The position numbers and the translations under genes are program-made. The notes under the pieces were generated by a model. That model saw only the letters and a program-made list of their open reading frames with translations. It was not told the origin of the DNA and ran no database searches. Shown one piece after another: positions 37,201 to 52,200 of a stretch of DNA of 64,000 bases (positions are counted from its first letter, which is position 1; each line of letters starts with the position of its first letter). Origin of the DNA: Eledone cirrhosa (Eukaryota); NCBI GenBank assembly GCA_964016885.1, contig OZ024753.1, positions 21,638,001 through 21,702,000 on the forward strand. The letters are read 5' to 3'.

Positions 37201-40200
37201 TACCATTCTATCAGACGTTCTAACCACTCTACCATTCTATCTGACGTTCTAATGACTCTGCCATTCTATCAGATGTTCTAACCACTCTACCATTCTATCA
37301 TACGTTCTAACCACACTACCATTCTATCATACGTTCTAACCACTCCACCATTCTTTCTGACATTCTAATGACTGCCATTCTATCGAACGTTCTAACCACT
37401 ACCATTCTATCTGATGTTCTAACCACTCTACCATTCTATCTGACGTTCCGACCATTCTAACATTCTATCTGATGTTCTAACGACACTACCATTCTATCAG
37501 ACGTTCTAACCACACTACCATTCTATCTGATGTTCTAACCACACTACCATTCTATCAGAAGATCTAACCACTCTACCATTCTATTAGACGTTCTAACCAC
37601 ACTACCATTCTATCAGACGTTCTAACCACTATACCATTCTATCTGATGTTCTAACGACACCACCATTCTATCTGATGTTCTAACGACACTACCATTCTAT
37701 CAGACGTTCTAGCCACTCTACCATTGTATCTGAGATTCTAATGACTGCCACTCTATCCAACATCCTAACCACACTACCATTCTATCAGACGTTCTAACCA
37801 CTCTACTATTCTATCAGACGTACTAACGACTCTAACATTCTATCAGATGTTCTAACCATTCTACCATTCTATCAGACATTCTAACCACTCTAATAGTCTA
37901 TCAGACGTTCGAACCACTCTACCATTCTATCAGACATTCTAACCACACTACTATTGTATCTGACGTTCTAACCACTCTACAATTCTATTTGACGTTCTAA
38001 CGATTCTGCCATTCTATCAGACGTTCTAACCACTCTACCATTCTATCAGACGTTCTAACCACTCTACCATTCTATCTGACCTTCTAACCACTCTACCATT
38101 CTATCTGACGTTCTAACGACTCAGCCATTCTATCAGACATTCTAACCACTCTACCATTCTATCAGACGTTCTAACCACTCTACCATTCTATCTGACATTC
38201 TAATGATAGCCATTCTATCGAACGTTCTAACCACTACCATTCTATCAGACGTTCTAACCACACTACCATTCTATCTCATGTTCTAACAACACTACCATTC
38301 TATCAGACGTTCTAACCACTCTACCATTCTATCTGACATTGTAATGACTGCCATTCTATCCGACATCCTAACCACTCTACCATTCTATCAGACGTTCTAA
38401 CCACTCTACCATTCTATCAGAGGTAATAACGACTCTACCATTCTATCAGATGTGTCTAACCATTCTACCATTCTACCATTCTATCAGACGTTCTAACCAC
38501 TCTACTAGTCTATCAGACGTTCGAACCACTCTACCATTCTATCAGACGTTCTAACCTCACTACCATTCTATCTGACGTTCTAACCACTCTACCATTCTAT
38601 TAGACGTTCTAACCACACTACCCTTCTATCAGACGTTCTAACCGCACTACCATTCTATCTGACGTTCTAACCATTCTACCATTCTATCTGATGTTCTAAC
38701 GACACTACCATTCTATCAGACGTGCTAACCACTCTACCATTCTATCTGACATTCTAATGACTGCCATTCTATCGAACGTTCTAACCACTACCATTCTATC
38801 TGATGTTCTAACCACTCTACCATTCTATCAGACATTCTAACCACTCTACCATTCTATCTCACGTTCTAACCATTTTACCATTCTATCTGATATTCTAACG
38901 ACACTAGCATTCTATCAGACGTTCTAATCACACTACCATTCTATCTCATGTTCTAACCACACTACCATTCTATCTAACGTTCTAACCATTCTACTATTGT
39001 ATCTGACGTTCTAACGACTCTGCCATACTATCAGACGTTCTAACCACTCTACCATTCTATCAGACGTTCTAACCACTCTACCATTCTATCTGACGTTCTA
39101 ATGACTCTGCCATTCTATCAGATGTTCTAACCACTCTACCATTCTATCATACGTTCTAACCACACTACCATTCTATCATACGTTCTAACCACTCCACCAT
39201 TCTTTCTGACATTCTAATGACTGCCATTCTATCGAACGTTCTAACCACTACCATTCTATCTGATGTTCTAACCACTCTACCATTCTATCTGACGTTCCGA
39301 CCATTCTAACATTCTATCTGATGTTCTAACGACACTACCATTCTATCAGACGTTCTAACCACACTACCATTCTATCTGATGTTCTAACCACACTACCATT
39401 CTATCAGAAGATCTAACCACTCTACCATTCTATTAGACGTTCTAACCACACTACCATTCTATCAGACGTTCTAACCACTATACCATTCTATCTGATGTTC
39501 TAACGACACCACCATTCTATCTGATGTTCTAACGACACTACCATTCTATCAGACGTTCTAACCACTCTACTATTCTATCAGACGTACTAACGACTCTAAC
39601 ATTCTATCAGATGTTCTAACCATTCTACCATTCTATCAGACATTCTAACCACTCTAATAGTCTATCAGACGTTCGAACCACTCTACCATTCTATCAGACA
39701 TTCTAACCACACTACTATTGTATCTGACGTTCTAACCACTCTACCATTCTATTTGACGTTCTAACGATTCTGCCATTCTATCAGACGTTCTAACCACTCT
39801 ACCATTCTATCAGACGTTCTAACCACTCTACCATTCTATCTGACCTTCTAACCACTCTACCATTCTATCTGACGTTCTAACGACTCAGCCATTCTATCAG
39901 ACATTCTAACCACTCTACCATTCTATCAGACGTTCTAACCACTCTACCATTCTATCTGACATTCTAATGATAGCCATTCTATCGAACGTTCTAACCACTA
40001 CCATTCTATCAGACGTTCTAACCACACTACCATTCTATCTCATGTTCTAACAACACTACCATTCTATCAGACGTTCTAACCACTCTACCATTCTATCTGA
40101 CATTGTAATGACTACCATTCTATCCGACATCCTAACCACTCTACCATTCTATCAGACGTTCTAACCACTCTACCATTCTATCAGAGGTACTAACGACTCT

Positions 40201-43200
40201 ACCATTCTATCAGATGTGTCTAACCATTCTACCATTCTACCATTCTATCAGACGTTCTAACCACTCTACTAGTCTATCAGACGTTCGAACCACTCTACCA
40301 TTCTATCAGACGTTCTAACCTCACTACCATTCTATCTGACGTTCTAACCACTCTACCATTCTATTAGACGTTCTAACCACACTACCCTTCTATCAGACGT
40401 TCTAACCGCACTACCATTCTATCTGACGTTCTAACCATTCTACCATTCTATCTGATGTTCTAACGACACTACCATTCTATCAGACGTGCTAACCACTCTA
40501 CCATTCTATCTGACATTCTAATGACTGCCATTCTATCGAACGTTCTAACCACTACCATTCTATCTGATGTTCTAACCACTCTACCATTCTATCAGACATT
40601 CTAACCACTCTACCATTCTATCTGACGTTCTAACCATTTTACCATTCTATCTGATATTCTAACGACACTAGCATTCTATCAGACGTTCTAATCACACTAC
40701 CATTCTATCTCATGTTCTAACCACACTACCATTCTATCTAACGTTCTAACCATTCTACTATTGTATCTGACGTTCTAACGACTCTGCCATACTATCAGAC
40801 GTTCTAACCACTCTACCATTCTATCAGACGTTCTAACCACTCTACCATTCTATCTGACGTTCTAATGACTCTGCCATTCTATCAGATGTTCTAACCACTC
40901 TACCATTCTATCATACGTTCTAACCACACTACCATTCTATCATACGTTCTAACCACTCCACCATTCTTTCTGAGATTCTAATGACTGCCATTCTATCGAA
41001 CGTTCTAACCACTACCATTCTATCTGATGTTCTAACCACTCTACCATTCTATCTGACGTTCCGACCATTCTAACATTCTATCTGATGTTCTAACGACACT
41101 ACCATTCTATCAGACGTTCTAACCACACTACCATTCTATCTGATGTTCTAACCACACTACCATTCTATCAGAAGATCTAACCACTCTACCATTCTATTAG
41201 ACGTTCTAACCACACTACCATTCTATCAGACGTTCTAACCACTATACCATTCTATCTGATGTTCTAACGACACCACCATTCTATCTGATGTTCTAACGAC
41301 ACTACCATTCTATCAGACGTTCTAGCCACTCTACCATTGTATCTGAGATTCTAATGACTGCCACTCTATCCAACATCCTAACCACACTACCATTCTATCA
41401 GACGTTCTAACCACTCTACTATTCTATCAGACGTACTAACGACTCTAACATTCTATCAGATGTTCTAACCATTCTACCATTCTATCAGACATTCTAACCA
41501 CTCTAATAGTCTATCAGACGTTCGAACCACTCTACCATTCTATCAGACATTCTAACCACACTACTATTGTATCTGACGTTCTAACCACTCTACCATTCTA
41601 TCTGACGTTCTAACGACTCAGCCATTCTATCAGACATTCTAACCACTCTACCATTCTATCAGACGTTCTAACCACTCTACCATTCTATCTGACCTTCTAA
41701 CCACTCTACCATTCTATCAGACGTTCTAACCACTCTACCAATCTATCAGATGTTCTAACCACTCTACCATTCTATCGGACGTTCTAACCACTCTACCATT
41801 CTATCAGACGTTCTAACCACTTTATCATTCTATCTGACGTTCTTACGATTCTGCCATTCTATCAGACCTTCTAACCACTCTACCATTCTATCATACGTTC
41901 TAACTACTCTACCATTCTATCAGACGTTCTAAGCACTCTACCATTCTATCAGACGTTCTAACCACGCTACCATTCTATCTGACGTTCTAACCACTCTACC
42001 ATTCTATCAAACGTTCTAACCACGCTACCATTCTATCTGACGTTCTAACCACTCTAATATTCTATCAGACGTTCTAAGCACTCTACCATTCTATCAGACG
42101 TTCTAACCACTCTACCGTTCTATCCGACGTTCTAACCACACTAGCATTCCATCAGACGTTCTAACCACTCTACCATTCTATCAAACGTTCTAACTACGTT
42201 ACCATTCTATCTGACGTTCTAACCACTCTACCATTCTATCTGACGTTCTAACCACTCTACCATACTATCTGACGTTCTAACCACTCTACCGTCCTATCTG
42301 ACGTTCTAACCACACTACCATTCTATCTGCCGTTCTAACCACACTACCATTCTATCTGACGTCCTAACCACTCAACCATTCTATCAGACGTTCTAACCAT
42401 TCTACCATTCTACCTGACGTTCTAACCACACTATCATTCTATCAGTCGTTCTAACCTCTCTACCATTCTATCTGACGTTCTAACCACTACCATTCTATCT
42501 GACGTTCTAACGACACTACCATTCTATCAGACGTTCTAACCACTCTACCATTCTATCTGACATTCTAATGATAGCCATTCTATCGAACGTTCTAACCACT
42601 ACCATTCTATCAGAGGTTCTAAGCACACTACCATTCTATCTCATGTTCTAACAACACTACCATTCTATCAGACGTTCTAACCACTCTACCATTCTATCTG
42701 ACATTGTAATGACTGCCATTCTATCCGACATCCTAACCACTCTACCATTCTATCAGACGTTCTAACCACTCTACCATTCTATCAGAGGTACTAACGACTC
42801 TACCATTCTATCAGATGTGTCTAACCATTCTACCATTCTACCATTCTATCAGACGTTCTAACCACTCTACTAGTCTATCAGACGTTGGAACCACTCTACC
42901 ATTCTATCAGACGTTCTAACCTCACTACCATTCTATCTGACGTTCTAACCACTCTACCATTCTATTAGACGTTCTATCCACACTACCCTTCTATCAGACG
43001 TTCTAACCGCACTACCATTCTATCTGACGTTCTAACCATTCTACCATTCTATCTGATGTTCTAACGACACTACCATTCTATCAGACGTTCTAACCACACT
43101 ACCATTCTATCTGATGTTCTAACCACACTACCATTCTATCAGAAGATCTAACCACTCTACCATTCTATTAGACGTTCTAACCACACTACCATTCTATCAG

Positions 43201-46200
43201 ACGTTCTAACCACTATACCATTCTATCTGATGTTCTAACGACACCACCATTCTATCTGATGTTCTAACGACACTACCATTCTATCAGACGTTCTAACCAC
43301 TCTACTATTCTATCAGACGTACTAACGACTCTAACATTCTATCAGATGTTCTAACCATTCTACCATTCTATCAGACATTCTAACCACTCTAATAGTCTAT
43401 CAGACGTTCGAACCACTCTACCATTCTATCAGACATTCTAACCACACTACTATTGTATCTGACGTTCTAACCACTCTACCACTCTATTTGACGTTCTAAC
43501 GATTCTGCCATTCTATCAGACGTTCTAACCACTCTACCATTCTATCAGACGTTCTAACCACTCTACCATTCTATCTGACCTTCTAACCACTCTACCATTC
43601 TATCTGACGTTCTAACGACTCAGCCATTCTATCAGACATTCTAACCACTCTACCATTCTATCAGACGTTCTAACCACTCTACCATTCTATCTGACATTCT
43701 AATGATAGCCATTCTATCGAACGTTCTAACCACTACCATTCTATCAGACGTTCTAACCACACTACCATTCTATCTCATGTTCTAACAACACTACCATTCT
43801 ATCAGACGTTCTAACCACTCTACCATTCTATCTGACATTGTAATGACTGCCATTCTATCCGACATCCTAACCACTCTACCATTCTATCAGACGTTCTAAC
43901 CACTCTACCATTCTATCAGAGGTACTAACGACTCTACCATTCTATCAGATGTGTCTAACCATTCTACCATTCTACCATTCTATCAGACGTTCTAACCACT
44001 CTACTAGTCTATCAGACGTTCGAACCACTCTACCATTCTATCAGACGTTCTAACCTCACTACCATTCTATCTGACGTTCTAACCACTCTACCATTCTATT
44101 AGACGTTCTAACCACACTACCCTTCTATCAGACGTTCTAACCGCACTACCATTCTATCTGACGTTCTAACCATTCTACCATTCTATCTGATGTTCTAACG
44201 ACACTACCATTCTATCAGACGTGCTAACCACTCTACCATTCTATCTGACATTCTAATGACTGCCATTCTATCGAACGTTCTAACCACTACCATTCTATCT
44301 GATGTTCTAACCACTCTACCATTCTATCAGACATTCTAACCACTCTACCATTCTATCTGACGTTCTAACCATTTTACCATTCTATCTGATATTCTAACGA
44401 CACTAGCATTCTATCAGACGTTCTAATCACACTACCATTCTATCTCATGTTCTAACCACACTACCATTCTATCTAACGTTCTAACCATTCTACTATTGTA
44501 TCTGACGTTCTAACGACTCTGCCATACTATCAGACGTTCTAACCACTCTACCATTCTATCAGACGTTCTAACCACTCTACCATTCTATCTGACGTTCTAA
44601 TGACTCTGCCATTCTATCAGATGTTCTAACCACTCTACCATTCTACCATACGTTCTAACCACACTACCATTCTATCATACGTTCTAACCACTCCACCATT
44701 CTTTCTGACATTCTAATGACTGCCATTCTATCGAACGTTCTAACCACTACCATTCTATCTGATGTTCTAACCACTCTACCATTCTATCTGACGTTCCGAC
44801 CATTCTAACATTCTATCTGATGTTCTAACGACACTACCATTCTATCAGACGTTCTAACCACACTACCATTCTATCTGATGTTCTAACCACACTACCATTC
44901 TATCAGAAGATCTAACCACTCTACCATTCTATTAGACGTTCTAACCACACTACCATTCTATCAGACGTTCTAACCACTATACCATTCTATCTGATGTTCT
45001 AACGACACCACCATTCTATCTGATGTTCTAACGACACTACCATTCTATCAGACGTTCTAGCCACTCTACCATTGTATCTGAGATTCTAATGACTGCCACT
45101 CTATCCAACATCCTAACCACACTACCATTCTATCAGACGTTCTAACCACTCTACTATTCTATCAGACGTACTAACGACTCTAACATTCTATCAGATGTTC
45201 TAACCATTCTACCATTCTATCAGACATTCTAACCACTCTAATAGTCTATCAGACGTTCGAACCACTCTACCATTCTATCAGACATTCTAACCACACTACT
45301 ATTGTATCTGACGTTCTAACCACTCTACCATTCTATCTGACGTTCTAACGACTCAGCCATTCTATCAGACATTCTAACCACTCTACCATTCTATCAGACG
45401 TTCTAACCACTCTACCATTCTATCTGACCTTCTAACCACTCTACCATTCTATCAGACGTTCTAACCACTCTACCAATCTATCAGATGTTCTAACCACTCT
45501 ACCATTCTATCGGACGTTCTAACCACTCTACCATTCTATCAGACGTTCTAACCACTTTATCATTCTATCTGACGTTCTTACGATTCTGCCATTCTATCAG
45601 ACCTTCTAACCACTCTACCATTCTATCATACGTTCTAACTACTCTACCATTCTATCAGACGTTCTAAGCACTCTACCATTCTATCAGACGTTCTAACCAC
45701 GCTACCATTCTATCTGACGTTCTAACCACTCTACCATTCTATCAAACGTTCTAACCACGCTACCATTCTATCTGACGTTCTAACCACTCTACTATTCTAT
45801 CAGACGTTCTAAGCACTCTACCATTCTATCAGACGTTCTAACCACTCTACCGTTCTATCCGACGTTCTAACCACACTAGCATTCCATCAGACGTTCTAAC
45901 CACTCTACCATTCTATCAAACGTTCTAACTACGTTACCATTCTATCTGACGTTCTAACCACTCTACCATTCTATCTGACGTTCTAACCACTCTACCATAC
46001 TATCTGACGTTCTAACCACTCTACCGTCCTATCTGACGTTCTAACCACACTACCATTCTATCTGCCGTTCTAACCACACTACCATTCTATCTGACGTTCT
46101 AACCACTCAACCATTCTATCAGACGTTCTAACCATTCTACCATTCTACCTGACGTTCTAACCACACTATCATTCTATCAGTCGTTCTAACCTCTCTACCA

Positions 46201-49200
46201 TTCTATCTGACGTTCTAACCACTACCATTCTATCTCATGTTCTAACAACACTACCATTCTATCAGACGTTCTAACCACTCTACCATTCTATCTGACATTG
46301 TAATGACTGCCATTCTATCCGACATCCTAACCACTCTACCATTCTATCAGACGTTCTAACCACTCTACCATTCTATCAGAGGTACTAACGACTCTACCAT
46401 TCTATCAGATGTGTCTAACCACTCTACCATTCTATTAGACGTTCTAACCACTCTACTAGTCTATCAGACGTTCGAACCACTCTACCATTCTATCAGACGT
46501 TCTAACCTCACTACCATTCTATCTGACGTTCTAACCACTCTACCATTCTATTAGACGTTCTATCCACACTACCCTTCTATCAGACGTTCTAACCGCACTA
46601 CCATTCTATCTGACGTTCTAACCATTCTACCATTCTATCTGATGTTCTAACGACACTACCATTCTATCAGACGTGCTAACCACTCTACCATTCTATCTGA
46701 CATTCTAATGACTGCCACTCTATCGAACGTTCTAACCACTACCATTCTATCTGATGTTCTAACCACTCTACCATTCTATCAGACATTCTAACCACTCTAC
46801 CATTCTATCTGACGTTCTAACCATTTTACCATTCTATCTGATATTCTAACGACACTAGCATTCTATCAGACGTTCTAATCACACTACCATTCTATCTCAT
46901 GTTCTAACCACACTACCATTCTATCTAACGTTCTAACCACTCTACTATTGTATCTGACGTTCTAACGACTCTGCCATTCTATCAGACGTTCTAACCACTC
47001 TACCATTCTATCAGACGTTCTAACCACTCTACCATTCTATCTGACGTTCTAACGACTCTGCCATTCTATCAGATGTTCTAACCACTCTACCATTCTATCA
47101 TACGTTCTAACCACACTACCATTCTATCATACGTTCTAACCACTCCACCATACTTTCTGACTTTCTGACATTCTGATGTTCTAACCACTCTACCATTCTA
47201 TCAGACATTCTAACCACTCTACCATTCTATCTGACGTTCTAACCATTTTACCATTCTATCTGATGTTCTAACGACACTAGCATTCTATCAGACGTACTAA
47301 TCACACTACCATTCTATCTCATGTTCTAACCACACTACCATTCTATCTAACGTTCTAACCACTCTACTATTGTATTTTACCATTCTATCTGATGTTCTAA
47401 CGACACTAGCATTCTATCAGACGTTCTAATCACACTACCATTCTATCTCATGTTCTAACCACACTACCATTCTATCTAACGTTCTAACCACTCTACTATT
47501 GTATCTGACGTTCTAACGACTCTGCCATTCTATCAGACGTTCTAACCACTCTACCATTCTATCAGACGTTCTAACCACTCTACCATTCTATCTGACGTTC
47601 TAACGACTCTGCCATTCTATCAGATGTTCTAACCACTCTACCATTCTATCATACGTTCTAACCACACTACCATTCTATCGAACGTTCTAACCACTACCAT
47701 TCTATCTGATGTTCTAACCACTCTACCATTCTATCTGACGTTCCGACCATTCTACCATTCTATCTGATGTTCTAACGACACTACCAATCTATCAGACGTT
47801 CTAACCACACTACCATTCTATCTGATGTTCTAACCACACTACCATTCTATCAGAAGATCTAACCACTCTACCATTCTATTAGACGTTCTAACCACACTAC
47901 CATTCTATCAGACGTTCTAACCACTATACCATTCTATCTGATGTTCTAACGACACTACCATTCTATCTGATGTTCTAACGACACTACCATTCTATCAGAC
48001 GTTCTAGCCACTCTACCATCGTATCTGATATTCTAATGACTGCCACTCTATCCAACATCCTAACCACTCTACCATTCTATCAGACATTCTAACCACTCTA
48101 CTATTCTATCAGACGTACTAACGACTCTAACATTCTATCAGATGTTCTAACCATTCTACCATTCTATCAGACATTCTAACCACTCTAATAGTCTATCAGA
48201 CGTTCGAACCACTCTACCATTCTATCAGACATTCTAACCACACTACTATTGTATCTGACGTTCTAACCACTCTACCATTCTATTTGACGTTCTAACGATT
48301 CTGCCATTCTATCAGACGTTCTAACCACACTACCATTCTATCAGACGTTCTAACCACTCTACCATTCTATCTGACCTACTAACCACTCTACCATTCTATC
48401 AGACGTTCTAACCACTCTACCAATCTATCAGACGTTCTAACCACTCTACCATTCTATCGGACGTTCTAACCACTCTACCATTCTATCAGACGTTCTTACG
48501 ATTCTGCCATTCTATCAGACGTTCTAAGCACTCTACCATTCTATCAGACGTTCTAACCATTCTATCTGACGTTCTAACCACTCTACCATTCTATCAAACG
48601 TTCTAACCACGCTACCATTCTATCTGACGTTCTAACCAGTCTACTATTCTATCAGACGTTCTAAGCACTCTATCATTCTATCAGACGTTCTAACCACTCA
48701 ACCATTCTATCCGACGTTCTAACCACTCTAGCATTCCATCAGACGTTCTAACCACTCTACCATTCTATCAAACGTTCTAACTACGCTACCATTCTATCTG
48801 ACGTTCTAACCACTCTACCATTCTATCTGACGTTCTAACCACTCTACCATACTATCTGACGTTCTAACCACTCTACCATCCTATCTGACGTTCTAACCAC
48901 ACTACCATTCTATCTGCCGTTCTAACCACACTAACATTCTATCTGACGTTCTAACCACTCAACCATTCTATCAGACGTTCTAACCATTCTACCATTCTAC
49001 CTGACGCTCTAACCACACTACCATTCTATCAGACGTTCTAACCTCTCTACCATTCTATCTGACGTTCTAACCACTACCATTCTATCTGACGTTCTAACGA
49101 CACTACCATTCTATCAGACGTTCTAACCACTCTACCATTCTATCTGACATTCTAATGACTGCCATTCTATCGAACATTCTAACCACTACCATTCTATCAG

Positions 49201-52200
49201 ACGTTCTAACCACACTACCATTCTATCTCATGTTCTAACGACACTACCATTCTATCATACGTTCTAACCACACTACCATTCTATCAGACGTTCTAACCAC
49301 TCTACCATTCTATCAGACGTTCTAAGCACTACCATTCTATCTGACGTTCTAACGACACTACCATTCTATCAGACGTTCTAACGACTATACCATCATATCT
49401 GACATTCTAATGTCTGCTATTCTATCCAACGTCCTAACCACACTACTATTCTATCAGACGTTTTAACCATGCTACCATTCTATCAGACGTTTTAACCACT
49501 CTAGTAGTCTATCAGACGTTCGAACCACTCTCCTATACCATAAGACGTTCTAACCACACTACCATTCTATCTGACGTTCTAACCACACTACCATTCTATC
49601 TGACGTTCTAACGACTCTGCCATTCTATCAGATGTTCTAACCACTCTACCATTCTATCATACGTTCTTAACACACTACCATTCTATCATACGTTCTAACC
49701 ACTCTACCATTCTATCAGACGTTCTTACCACTCTACCATACTATCAGACGAGCTAAGCACTCTACCATTCTATCAGACGTTCTAACGACTCTAGCATTCT
49801 ATCTGACGTTCCAACCACTCTACCATTCTATCTGACGTTCTAACCACTCTACCATTCTATTTTACGTTCTAACGACTGCCATTCTATCGAACGTTCTAAC
49901 CACTACCATTCTATCAGACGTTCTAACCACTATACCATTCTATCTGATGTTCTAACGACACTACCATTCTATCTGAAGTTCTAACGACACTACCATTCTA
50001 TCAGACGTTCTAGCCACTCTACCATTGTATCTGAGATTCTAATGACTGCCACTCTATCTAACATCCTAACCACACTACCATTCTATCAGACGTTCTAACC
50101 ACACTACCATTCTATCAGACGTACTAACGACTCTAACATTCTATCAGATGTTCTAACCATTCTACCATTCTATCAGACATTTTAACCACTCTAATAGTCT
50201 ATCAGACGTTCGAACCACTCTACCATTCTATCAGACATTCTAACCACACTACTATTGTATCTGACGTTCTAACCACTCTACCATTCTATTTGACGTTCTA
50301 ACGATTCTGCCATTCTATCAGACGTTCTAACCACTCTACCATTCTATCAGACGTTCTAACCACTCTACCATTCTATCTGACCTTCTAACCACTCTACCAT
50401 TCTATCTGACGTTCTAACGACTCTGCCATTCTATCAGACATTCTAACCACTCTACCATTCTATCAGACGTTCTAACCACTCTACCATTCTATCTGACCTT
50501 CTAACCACTCTACCATTCTATCAGACGTTCTAACCACTCTACCAATCTATCAGACGTTCTAACCACTCTACCATTCTATCGGACGTTCTAACCACTCTAC
50601 CATTCTATCAGACGTTCTAACCACTTTACCATTCTATCTGACGTTCTTACGATTCTGCCATTCTATCAGACGTTCTAACCACTCTACCATTCTATCATAC
50701 GTTCTAACTACTCTACCATTCTATCAGACGTTCTAAGCACTCTACCATTCTATCAGACGTTCTAACCATTCTATCTGACGTTCAAACCACTCTACCATTC
50801 TATCAAACGTTCTAACCACGCTACCATTCTATCTGACGTACTAACGACTCTAACATTCTATCAGATGTTCTAACCATTCTACCATTCTATCAGACATTCG
50901 AACCACTCTAATAGTCTATCAGACGTTCGAACCACTCTACCATTCTATCAGACATTCTAACCACTCTACCATTCTATCTGACGTTCTAACCATTTTACCA
51001 TTCTATCTGATGTTCTAACGACACTAGCATTCTATCAGACGTTCTAATCACACTACCATTCTATCTCATGTTCTAACCACACTACCATTCTATCTAACGT
51101 TCTAACCACTCTACTATTGTATCTGACGTTCTAACGACTCTGCCATTCTATCAGACGTTCTAACCACTCTACCATTCTATAAGACGTTCTAACCACTCTA
51201 CCATTCTATCAAACGTTCTAACTACGCTACCATTCGATCTGACGTTCTAACCACTCTACCATTCTATCTGACGTTCTAACGACTCTGCCATTCTATCAGA
51301 TGTTCTAACCACTCTACCATTCTATCATACGTTCTAACCACACTACCATTCTATCATACGTTCTAACCACTCCACCATACTTTCTGACTTTCTGACATTC
51401 TGATGTTCTAACCATTCTATCTGACGTTAAATCCACTCTACCATTCTATCAAACGTTCTAACCACGCTACCATTCTATCTGACGTTCTAACCACTCTACT
51501 ATTCTATCAGACATTCTAAGCATTCTACCATTCTATCAGACGTTCTAACCACTCTACCGTTCTATCCGACGTTCTAACCACTCTAGCATTCCATCAGACG
51601 TTCTAACCACTCTACCATTCTATCAAACGTTCTAACTACGCTACCATTCTATCTGACGTTCTAGCCACTCTACCATTCTATCTGACGTTCTAACCACTCT
51701 ACCATACTATCTGACGTTCTAACCACTCTACCATCCTATCTGACGTTCTAACCACACTACCATTCTATCTGCCGTTCTAACCACACTACCATTCTATCTG
51801 ACGTTCTAACCACTCAACCATTCTATCAGACGTTCTAACCATTCTACCATTCTACCTGACGTTCTAACCATTCTACCATTCTACCTGACGTTCTAACCAC
51901 ACTACCATTCTACCTGACGTTCTAACCTCTCTACCATTCTATCTGACGTTCTAACCACTACCATTCTATCTGACGTTCTAACGACACTACCATTCTATCA
52001 GACGTTCTAACCACTCTACCATTCTATCTGACATTCTAATGACTGCCATTCTATCGAACGTTCTAACCACTACCATTCTATCAGACGTTCTAACCACACT
52101 ACCATTCTATCTCATGTTCTAACGACACTACCATTCTATCAGACGTTCTAACCACTCTACCATTCTATCTGACATTCTAATGACTGCCATTCTATCCGAC

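Noticed and set aside
47150-47180. Foreign insertion in the array (ctttctgactttctgacattctga; also ~51380)
   Set aside because: Explained by local slippage and deletion of monomer sequence that was later copied with a block.
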